Source of the DNA: an uncultured virus (IMG/VR IMGVR_UViG_3300042879_001731)
Lineage: Duplodnaviria > Heunggongvirae > Uroviricota > Caudoviricetes
Direction: 5' to 3' (one strand)
Virus record (IMG/VR): IMGVR_UViG_3300042879_001731
Length of the DNA: 64,000 nucleotides
In this document: positions 27,883 to 35,599 of the stretch, piece after piece
How the letters are laid out: each line of letters opens with the position of its first letter
Position numbering within the stretch: position 1 is the first letter of the stretch
Notes under the pieces: generated by a model
Told to the model about the DNA's origin: nothing
What the model saw: only the letters and a program-made list of their open reading frames with translations
The model's database searches: none
Translations under genes and position numbers: made by a program

Positions 27883-28045
27883 GTTCTGGAAGAAAATACA
27901 AAAAGTTGGAATAATTGCAGGAGTTATAGGGGGTGCTTTACTTAGCTCACCTATTAGCTTACCAACAGCAATAGCTACAGGAGCGACATATTTAGTTGTA
28001 ATAGGAACAACTACTGCTACGCTTAGCCAACTTACCAAAGAGTAA
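27842..28045 (+). CDS. Putative holin
   Basis: Two TM-like segments, KTPEFWKK, upstream of endolysin. Confidence 0.7.
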   Translation: MEGLRERWKAKTPEFWKKIQKVGIIAGVIGGALLSSPISLPTAIATGATYLVVIGTTTATLSQLTKE

Positions 28046-28063
28046 CTTACCAAACAGTAAACT

Positions 28064-28519
28064 ATGAATTTATCTAAACACGTAACACGTGCGGAATTTG
28101 AACGCAGTGAAACAGCCATAAATCACGGCATCCCTAATTTCATGAATGAATTTGAAATCCAAAGAGCTATATTATTATGTCAAAATGTATTTGAGCCTAT
28201 ACGCGCTTATGTTGGCAGACCTATACGAATAAACTCAGGATTTAGAAGTGCAGCATTAAATAGGAGAATCGGAGGCGCATCCAGTTCGCAGCATTGCATG
28301 GCTGAAGCTATGGATTTAGATTTACATGACAGACAGTTGTTTGAATGGATTTTGGATAATATAGAGTTTGATCAAGCGATATTTGAAGGCGGAACTGAAG
28401 AAAAGGCGGATTGGTTTCATATATCATACAGAAAAGGTCGTAACCGCAAACAGGCTTTAAGAATGATAAAGAAAGGCGGAAAGACTACATACGTACCTTA
28501 CAAAAGAAAGAATGCGTAA
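28064..28519 (+). CDS. Peptidase M15-family endolysin
   Basis: SGFRS..LN..IGGA.SSQH..AEAMD, WFHISY. Confidence 0.9.
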   Translation: MNLSKHVTRAEFERSETAINHGIPNFMNEFEIQRAILLCQNVFEPIRAYVGRPIRINSGFRSAALNRRIGGASSSQHCMAEAMDLDLHDRQLFEWILDNIEFDQAIFEGGTEEKADWFHISYRKGRNRKQALRMIKKGGKTTYVPYKRKNA

Positions 28520-29279
28520 AAGACTATTTTTTGATATTGAGACCTCATTTAATATTGGTTTCTTTTGGCGAAGTGGATATAACCAAACTATTACACCTGA
28601 ACAGATACTTCACGAACGAGCAATTATTTGTATATGTTGGAAGTGGGAAGGAAAGGATGAGATCCATAGTTTAACATGGGATAAAAAGCAGTCTGATAAA
28701 GGGCTGCTTTCTGCTTTTATTAAAGAGTTAAACAAAGCTGACGAGATAGTAGCACATAACGGAGATAGGTTCGACGTAAAATGGCTACGCACACGCTGTT
28801 TAAAACATGGTCTTGATATGTTCCCCTCATACCAATCTATTGACACGCTTAAAACGGCTAAAAAACTGTTTAATTTCAATTCTAATAAGTTGGATTATAT
28901 AGCCAAGTTTTTAGGTGTCGGTGAAAAGATGGATACTGGCGGGTTAGATTTATGGAAAAAGATAGTATTTGATAAAGATCAAGAGGCTTTAAACCACATG
29001 GTAAAATACTGTTTACAAGATGTAGCTATTTTGGAAAAAGTATTTAACATTATAAACAAATATGAAAAACCTAAAGTTAACTATGCTACGCTTCATTATA
29101 ACGAGAAGTATTCATGCCCTGAGTGCGCATCTACCAACATACAACTCAGAAAAACTTACACTACTTCTATGGGGACTATACGACATAATATGAGGTGTAA
29201 GGAATGTAAAAAACCTTATACAATAAGTCAAAAAATTTATTCTGATTATATAAAAGATAGGTTACGAAATAAATTGTAA
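28512..29279 (+). CDS. DnaQ/RNase H-like 3'-5' exonuclease with C-terminal Zn ribbon
   Basis: FDIET, HNGDRFD, YCLQDV, CPEC...CKEC. Confidence 0.85.
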   Translation: MRKRLFFDIETSFNIGFFWRSGYNQTITPEQILHERAIICICWKWEGKDEIHSLTWDKKQSDKGLLSAFIKELNKADEIVAHNGDRFDVKWLRTRCLKHGLDMFPSYQSIDTLKTAKKLFNFNSNKLDYIAKFLGVGEKMDTGGLDLWKKIVFDKDQEALNHMVKYCLQDVAILEKVFNIINKYEKPKVNYATLHYNEKYSCPECASTNIQLRKTYTTSMGTIRHNMRCKECKKPYTISQKIYSDYIKDRLRNKL

Positions 29280-29318
29280 CTTTGCTTATCATAAAATTTT
29301 TGTTAGGTCATAGTGTTT

Positions 29319-29342
29319 AAGCCCTCTTCGGAGGGTTTTTTT
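29319..29342 (+). terminator. Rho-independent terminator (UUCG loop)
   Basis: gccctc ttcg gagggt plus T-run. Confidence 0.85.
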
Positions 29343-29384
29343 ATTGTCAACAATCAAGTGTTAATTATTTTTTTGTTAAAAAAC

Positions 29385-29416
29385 TTGCAGTTATTAACAG
29401 AATGTATTTATATTTG
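29385..29416 (+). promoter_or_regulatory. Host-sigma early promoter
   Basis: TTG near 29385 and TATATTTG 29409-29416 ahead of small early ORFs. Confidence 0.7.
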
Positions 29417-29439
29417 TCGAAACAATTAAAGAAAACACT

Positions 29440-30334
29440 ATGAAAAAACAGTTAAAAGAAGCTCAAATGCTTATCCTAAGAGCAAGTCAGCTTTTAGAAA
29501 TTTGTGAAGAAGCACAAAAGAAGGTTGATTATATGTGTAGATGGAATGTAGAAACAGCAATTCCTAACGGATTTGATATTCATTCTGACGAAGACATAGA
29601 ATTCCAACAAAAAGTAGTAGAACGTATTTGGAGAAGCTACAAAATCTTAGTAACTAAAATTAATGAGACAGCACTATGAAATCAATTAATCCATTCAAGA
29701 AGGTAACAGAGGCATTTAATCAGCATATAAAGCCTACTATATTAGAAAACGAGTTCATACCTAATAACGGAGTGAAACACGGAGACTTAAAAAGGTATTG
29801 GAATAATTACAATGCTCAGTTAGTAAACAGAATTTCAGAAATAAAAAGCTATGAAAAGACACTTTGAACAAATTACAGAATTAGAAGAAGCTGAATGGAA
29901 TTTAGCATTATCAAAAAAACAATATGAAAGGTGTAAGATTGCTATTGAAACAGGAAACTGGGAAGGTTATCCTGAATCTTTAAAAGGAAGAAAACAAACA
30001 TTATCAATGCTAAAAGAAATTATTGAATTATTAGAACTTAAAATAGAAAAATTAAAATGAAAAAAATACTACATTTTTTCGGTTTAGAAACTCGTGAAGA
30101 AATTATGGAGTTTAAACAAAGAAGAGCAGCAAAACCTTTTTTAATGATGCTTAAAAGAATTACTGAATTAGAAAACAGAGTTAAACAATTAGAAGATGAA
30201 AAGCTATAAAATAACGTACAAGGTAAAAGTAAAGGAGTGGGAAACTCGCTATTTAATAGTAAGAGCCTATACAAAAGACGAAGCTAAAGAACGCTTCACA
30301 ATGTGGAAAGGATTAATAACAGATATAAACGAGA
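29440..30334 (+). other. Run of small coupled early hypothetical ORFs (29440-29679, 29676-29867, 29851-30060 and shorter ones)
   Basis: Overlapping start/stop codons. Confidence 0.65.
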
Positions 30335-30335
30335 T

Positions 30336-30566
30336 ATGAAACAGACAGCAGTACAATGGTTATGGTTGCAAATTGGAAACTTTCCAACAATGGAAAATCT
30401 CAGGACAAATATTGATAAATTGCTTGAACAAGCCAAAGAAATGGAGCAAGTAGAAAAGATTAAGGCACAGATTGAAGCAGTCAGAGCAGTAGATACTTAT
30501 GGTTTGATACACATGCTTAAATATTATGAACAACAACTTAAAGAATTAACCTTAAAAAATAAGTAA
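30336..30566 (+). CDS. MKQTAVQWL family small protein
   Basis: EQAKEME core shared with the next gene. Confidence 0.7.
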   Translation: MKQTAVQWLWLQIGNFPTMENLRTNIDKLLEQAKEMEQVEKIKAQIEAVRAVDTYGLIHMLKYYEQQLKELTLKNK

Positions 30567-30567
30567 G

Positions 30568-30807
30568 ATGAAAACAGCATTACAATGGTTTATTCAACAA
30601 ATAAAATATATAAATATAATTGTACCAAAAGAAAATTCAGATAAACTTTTATCAATGATGCATCAAGCCAAAGAAATGGAGAAAAACAATATATGTGATG
30701 CTTGGGATAATGGATATGATAAAGGAACAAGAGATAGGATTGAAAAAATATCAAATCCAGTTGGCAATGCAGAACAATACTACAACGAAACCTTTAAATC
30801 AGAGTAA
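30568..30807 (+). CDS. MKTA...EQYYNETFKSE family small protein
   Basis: Spans the repeat junction; paralog of 2706-2915. Confidence 0.8.
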   Translation: MKTALQWFIQQIKYINIIVPKENSDKLLSMMHQAKEMEKNNICDAWDNGYDKGTRDRIEKISNPVGNAEQYYNETFKSE

Positions 30808-30898
30808 GATGAAAGAAGATAAATTTTTAATAAAATCATTGTTGTTAATTATAATCTCAACAATATTAGGAGGGTTAGTTTATTCGTTATTGTTTAAA
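30659..30898. repeat. Direct repeat copy 2; junction between phage A and phage B
   Basis: Matches 1-240. Confidence 0.97.
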
Positions 30899-30908
30899 TA
30901 TTCATAAA

Positions 30909-31097
30909 ATGAAAGATAAACATGCGATAATTTTAATACCTCCAATAGGAATTATGGTTAAGGAGGTCGAGATGTATATATATATGAAGACCGGACGAAA
31001 GGTAAATATAGTTTTTAACAATCCATTCCACATGCATGAACATATTGAAATGCTGAGGGATGCATATAAAATTATTAAAACAGATGAATTCAGGTGA
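30909..31097 (+). CDS. Hypothetical protein, homolog of 11820-11996
   Basis: Shared YI..KTGR.V.I.F.NP motif. Confidence 0.7.
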   Translation: MKDKHAIILIPPIGIMVKEVEMYIYMKTGRKVNIVFNNPFHMHEHIEMLRDAYKIIKTDEFR

Positions 31098-31380
31098 CAA
31101 AGTGATATGCATTGATGATAGTATCAGAGTTGATGTAATGCCAACTATAGTTAAGTATTATAAAAACTGGGTAAATAAAGATCAGGTATATACCGTTAGG
31201 CATGTCGTTGACAACGATGGAATTGTAGATGGAGTGCTACTAGAGGAGATACATAATAGTCCTATTTACATCGAGCTTATTGACAAGAATCAGGAGCCAG
31301 CGTTTGGCATGTTCAGATTTGCATTGCTACAGGAAGATAAAGTATTAGAAAATGCAGAATATTTTTTAGAGATTTTATGA
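31084..31380 (+). CDS. Hypothetical protein (SH3-like GDKVICID start)
   Basis: ORF track; start moved to 31084. Confidence 0.65.
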   Translation: MNSGDKVICIDDSIRVDVMPTIVKYYKNWVNKDQVYTVRHVVDNDGIVDGVLLEEIHNSPIYIELIDKNQEPAFGMFRFALLQEDKVLENAEYFLEIL

Positions 31381-31470
31381 AAAAGATCATTAGGCCTATA
31401 GAAAAGAAAAGATATAGGGATCAATTAATGTGGAATTATTTTATAGATTTATTAATTAAAAACACAAGTT

Positions 31471-31761
31471 ATGAAAAAAGAAAAAATAGATCAGGCTATG
31501 TTGCACTGTTACAGGCAGCTCTTCGCTCATTCGAATCCTCCGGCAGACTTTGACAAGTTAGTTGAGAATGCCACTATAAACGATCGAGGTCAAAAGGAGA
31601 TACCTTTTATGGACTACGAGATAGACGAAAGTTTATTTGAGTCTATAGTAGATCAGACGATAAAAGACTTTAAGATCAAGCCAGAGCACACGAGGAAGAG
31701 TTTTAGAATAGCTATACTCTTGGGCTGTTCACCAAAATTTAAGAGAGATGAAAATAAATAA
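31471..31761 (+). CDS. Hypothetical protein
   Basis: ORF track. Confidence 0.7.
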   Translation: MKKEKIDQAMLHCYRQLFAHSNPPADFDKLVENATINDRGQKEIPFMDYEIDESLFESIVDQTIKDFKIKPEHTRKSFRIAILLGCSPKFKRDENK

Positions 31762-32041
31762 TACAAAATGGTTGTATACGGACAAGGCTGGCAGGGAACA
31801 CGAGGTAAAGTTTGATGATTGTGAAAAAGAAAATTTCTGCGATGAGGTCAAGAAGCATGATGCACACTACGACAATACGAACGGAAGTCTGTACAAGTTT
31901 GCTGAGGACTACGGGCTGAATGCGTATGAGTTCGACATAATTAAACGCATTACAAGATGCCGAAAGAAGGGTCAGTTTAAGGAAGACCTAGAGAAGACAA
32001 AGAGAGTTATTGATTTATATCTTAATGAGTTTATTAGCTAA
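31748..32041 (+). CDS. DUF3310-like (T7 gp1.7-like) protein
   Basis: AHY...IIKRITRCRKKG...EDLEK; its stop is the TAA of the hairpin site. Confidence 0.65.
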   Translation: MKINNTKWLYTDKAGREHEVKFDDCEKENFCDEVKKHDAHYDNTNGSLYKFAEDYGLNAYEFDIIKRITRCRKKGQFKEDLEKTKRVIDLYLNEFIS

Positions 32042-32105
32042 CACAAAAGCAGGGATTGTTTTAATGATCCTTGCTAACTGTTAAAAGTCGTTTTAATGGC
32101 GTAAA
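32039..32105 (+). repeat. attC-like short site B0 (apparently empty)
   Basis: taacacaaaagcagg...cttgctaactgtta...cgttttaatggcgtaaa, homologous to 7090-7156. Confidence 0.85.
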
Positions 32106-32128
32106 TTAATTAATTAAAAACAAAAATT

Positions 32129-32506
32129 ATGAAAGCTTGGAATGATTTAGAAAAAGAAGTAAGCCTGTATTGGACAGGTGACGACAAAAATCCAGACAGT
32201 TATTGGTATATAGATCATGGCGTGAAGATAGAGAGATTTAAAGATGGACATTTTGAACTGTCCAACGCCATGGCATCAGGTGATTTTTATAAGCCTTTAA
32301 GCAAAGACCAGGTAGAGGTATTTGAAACTGAAGGATGGTTAAAAGGTTGTTATAAAGTATGCATAGATACATATTCAATTAGACTTTTTAACTTAGAGAA
32401 GTTAATTCTTATGAACCCTGAGAGCGATGAACTTATTTTTCGTAAAATTAATATCGAAAAAAAGATAAAAAGATATCTTGAATTAGTAGATAATTTAGTA
32501 ATTTAG
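32129..32506 (+). CDS. Hypothetical protein
   Basis: ORF track. Confidence 0.7.
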   Translation: MKAWNDLEKEVSLYWTGDDKNPDSYWYIDHGVKIERFKDGHFELSNAMASGDFYKPLSKDQVEVFETEGWLKGCYKVCIDTYSIRLFNLEKLILMNPESDELIFRKINIEKKIKRYLELVDNLVI

Positions 32507-32521
32507 TAACCCGTTTTGCTA

Positions 32522-33364
32522 ATGTACTCTTCAGGATATATATATAAGATAACATCACCATCCAATAAAATATATATTGGACAAGCAGTTAATATATCTA
32601 GAAGAAAAAGCAGGTATAAATCTTTTGACTGTAAAGAACAAACAAAGCTATATAGATCTTTAAAAAAATATGGTTTTGAAAATCATAAGTTTGAAGTTAT
32701 AGAGGAATGTGCTTTTGACCATTTGAATATTAGAGAGAGATACTGGCAAGAATTTTATGAAACTTTAGGCATCAATGGATTAAATTGTTTTTATGTTGAG
32801 ACGAACAATCTTCCAAGAATTGTTTCTGATGAAACTAAACAAAGAATTAAACAAGGATTAGTTGGAAAAATTAAATCAGGAAAAGATCATTATGCTTTTG
32901 GTAAAAAACTTACTGATGAACAAAAAGAATTCTTATCAAGAATAAACACTGGTAAAAAGATGCCAAAAAGTGCTATAGAAAAAATGACTGGAAAGAATAA
33001 TCCTAACTATGGCAAGGCACTTCCTGAATGGCATAAGAAAAGATTATCTGAACTTCAGAAGGAAAGATTCAAGGACAAGTCTAATCATCCCTTTACAGGA
33101 AGAAATCATAAAGAAGAATCAAAACAAAAAATGTCAAACGCCAAAAAAGGCATAAAACTTAATAAAGAATGGAGAGATAAAATAGTTGAATCAATTAAAG
33201 ATAGATACTGCGAATATAAAGACAAGATAGTTCTTGACTTAAGTACAGGTATTTATTATTACAATTGTGCTGATGCTGCTAGATATAATAATATGAATAG
33301 CACAACATTATCACATATGCTCGTAGGAAGCAAAAGAAACAAAACAAATTTAATTTACGTTTAA
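32522..33364 (+). CDS. GIY-YIG homing endonuclease (NUMOD3-like repeats)
   Basis: GYIYKITSPSNKIYIGQ, RERYWQ, HKEESKQKMS. Confidence 0.9.
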   Translation: MYSSGYIYKITSPSNKIYIGQAVNISRRKSRYKSFDCKEQTKLYRSLKKYGFENHKFEVIEECAFDHLNIRERYWQEFYETLGINGLNCFYVETNNLPRIVSDETKQRIKQGLVGKIKSGKDHYAFGKKLTDEQKEFLSRINTGKKMPKSAIEKMTGKNNPNYGKALPEWHKKRLSELQKERFKDKSNHPFTGRNHKEESKQKMSNAKKGIKLNKEWRDKIVESIKDRYCEYKDKIVLDLSTGIYYYNCADAARYNNMNSTTLSHMLVGSKRNKTNLIYV

Positions 33365-33374
33365 TTTTAATTTT

Positions 33375-33857
33375 ATGAAAAAACATTGGAGAAATTTGAT
33401 TCAAGATCAAAAGTATTTAGGTTCTTGGGATTTAGAAGCTGATGGCAAATATTCATCTGTAGTTGTAACTATTGATAGAATTTATGTTGGGGACTTTTCA
33501 TCGCAGGGAGGAACAGAGAAAAAGCCATTTGCAAAACTAAAAGAGTTTGAAAAGCCAATGGTACTTCAGGCTGAAAACTTCAAACGACTAGAAAACTTTT
33601 TTGGATCATTTGATTACAACACATATGTTGGAAAGCAAATAGTTTTAGGTGTAGAGTCAATAAAATTCAAAGGAGATATTGTTCCTGCATTGCGTTTCAG
33701 TACTCGGCCGTTACCTGTAGCACAGAAGCCTGAGCTTCCTGCTGCTGCGCTTACTAAAGCTATTGAGTCCGTTAAGTCTGGCAAGCGATCTATAGAGGAT
33801 ATCGAGGCCAAGTACTCACTTACTGCTGATCAGAAAGAAGCCATTTTAAACGCATAG
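33375..33857 (+). CDS. Putative ssDNA-annealing/binding protein
   Basis: Upstream of exonuclease; C-terminal domain similar to that of the ERF at 862. Confidence 0.6.
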   Translation: MKKHWRNLIQDQKYLGSWDLEADGKYSSVVVTIDRIYVGDFSSQGGTEKKPFAKLKEFEKPMVLQAENFKRLENFFGSFDYNTYVGKQIVLGVESIKFKGDIVPALRFSTRPLPVAQKPELPAAALTKAIESVKSGKRSIEDIEAKYSLTADQKEAILNA

Positions 33858-33861
33858 TTTT

Positions 33862-34629
33862 ATGGATTGGCTAATGTTTCGCGCATCAGCGTGCGCTCCG
33901 TTATTTACGGGTGAAGATGGGCTGACTGACAAGCAACAAGAAGAGTTGTTATCTTTGTTGGATAAAGACAAGAGGACCGCTATCCAGGAGCAAAAGATGT
34001 TAGATCTTATTGCCAAGAGAGATGCAGATCCTGAATTACCAAAGGGAGCAAAGACTTACATTGAGAGTCTTGTAGATCAGCATGTATACAAGTACGAGGA
34101 CTATATTGATAATAAGTATGTACGCAAGGGTATTGCTGTGGAAGACAGCGAGGATGAAAACATCAACAAGAGTGCTATTAAGATTGCCAATTCTTTGTTT
34201 TTTAGTGAGTATTGCAAGTCTAGTTCTTATCTTAAGAAAGGTAAATTCCATGGTCATCCGGACATTGAGGATGAGGACGAGGAGATGATAATTGATATCA
34301 AGTCGTCTTGGAATAAGAAGACTTTCCCAAAACGTCCTGAAGATGGTGAGAACTCTCAGTATGAGTGGCAAGGCAAATTATATTGCTACATGAAAGGATG
34401 GAAAAAGTTCAGATTGTGTTATGTTCTTATGTCAACACCTGAAGAGCTTGTGCCAGACAATGAGCATGGCAGTTTACATTACGCAGACGATCTATCTTTA
34501 AATTTACGTGTCACATGTGTTGACTATGAGTTGACAGACAAAGACATCGAGAAGATAGAGCGTAGAGAAAAGGCGGCAGTTAAGTATGCCAAAGAATATT
34601 ATAAATTTTTAATTAATAAAAACAAATAA
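33862..34629 (+). CDS. YqaJ/lambda-Exo-like PD-(D/E)XK exonuclease
   Basis: FRASA, GHPD...DIKSSW, YEWQGKLY; homolog of 2026-2709. Confidence 0.85.
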   Translation: MDWLMFRASACAPLFTGEDGLTDKQQEELLSLLDKDKRTAIQEQKMLDLIAKRDADPELPKGAKTYIESLVDQHVYKYEDYIDNKYVRKGIAVEDSEDENINKSAIKIANSLFFSEYCKSSSYLKKGKFHGHPDIEDEDEEMIIDIKSSWNKKTFPKRPEDGENSQYEWQGKLYCYMKGWKKFRLCYVLMSTPEELVPDNEHGSLHYADDLSLNLRVTCVDYELTDKDIEKIERREKAAVKYAKEYYKFLINKNK

Positions 34630-34630
34630 A

Positions 34631-34963
34631 ATGAGACACGTAGAAAAAGCTGCACTTAAGTTCATAGAAGAATTTGGCGGCAGCACATTTATTGAAATTG
34701 AAAACATAGAAGATGTAAAAGGAGTTGCACCTATTGTAAAGTTTACTATTCAATCTGATCCTATTAGCGAGGTTGGAGTGAATGGTGTTCAGGCATTGGA
34801 TATGCTCAAGTATGTTAAGTGTTTGTTTGAATCTTTGAACGAAGCATTTCCTTGTAGGGAGAACGCTCTAACAATCACGAAAATTGAGGAGGCTATCCAT
34901 TGGCAGGATGCAAGAACAAAAGATCGCGAACGAAGAAACGTTGAAGGTAAAAATCTTAAGTAA
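34631..34963 (+). CDS. Tad1-like anti-defence nucleotide-signal sponge
   Basis: RENALTITKIEEAIHW...R..DR..RNVEG.N.K resembles the Tad1 C-terminal pattern as recalled. Confidence 0.75.
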   Translation: MRHVEKAALKFIEEFGGSTFIEIENIEDVKGVAPIVKFTIQSDPISEVGVNGVQALDMLKYVKCLFESLNEAFPCRENALTITKIEEAIHWQDARTKDRERRNVEGKNLK

Positions 34964-34985
34964 TAATCAATAAAAACAAATAAGT

Positions 34986-35336
34986 ATGTTTAAAGTTCAA
35001 GCAAACGTTAAGAGCGTTGGTCAGACTGTTAGCGTGTCTGAGAAATTTAGTAAGAGAGAGTTGGTTGTGGAGATTCCAGACGACAAGTACCCTCAGATTG
35101 TACAGTTTGAGGCGACTCAAGATAAGTGCCAACTGCTTGACAGCATTGGGTCAGGACAGCAGGTAGAGATTACGTTCGCTCTTCGTGGCCGTGAGTGGAC
35201 AAATGCATCAGGCGAGACTAAGGTATTTAATACGTTGAATCTTGTACGTATTGAAGCAGTTGGCGGATCATCAATACCTGCTCCAGTTATAGCAACAGTT
35301 GTCTCTACAGAAGACGACTCTGATATTCCGTTCTAA
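34986..35336 (+). CDS. DUF3127-like OB-fold SSB
   Basis: KFSKRELVV...YPQ, LRGREW, acidic DDSDIPF tail. Confidence 0.85.
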   Translation: MFKVQANVKSVGQTVSVSEKFSKRELVVEIPDDKYPQIVQFEATQDKCQLLDSIGSGQQVEITFALRGREWTNASGETKVFNTLNLVRIEAVGGSSIPAPVIATVVSTEDDSDIPF

Positions 35337-35599
35337 AACGGAAGTAATATTTTGACATTTCATTTTTTAATTTAACAAAAAACAAAATGGTATCAACTAT
35401 TATTTTAATTTGTTTATTGAGTGTTAGATTTTTCTACCATACATTTAGACATAAAGAAACTATGAAGGGTGAATATAATTCATTTCATGCTTTATTCACA
35501 TCAGTCATATATCTTGTATTGTATTACTATGCAGGATTATTTGACAAATTCTAATTTAACAATGGGCAGGTGAGATTCCTGCCCTAAACTTTTTATCCG

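Noticed and set aside
1..30898. Phage A as a prophage with attL/attR
   Set aside because: No integrase or repressor recognised; the repeat is coding sequence and no host genes are present
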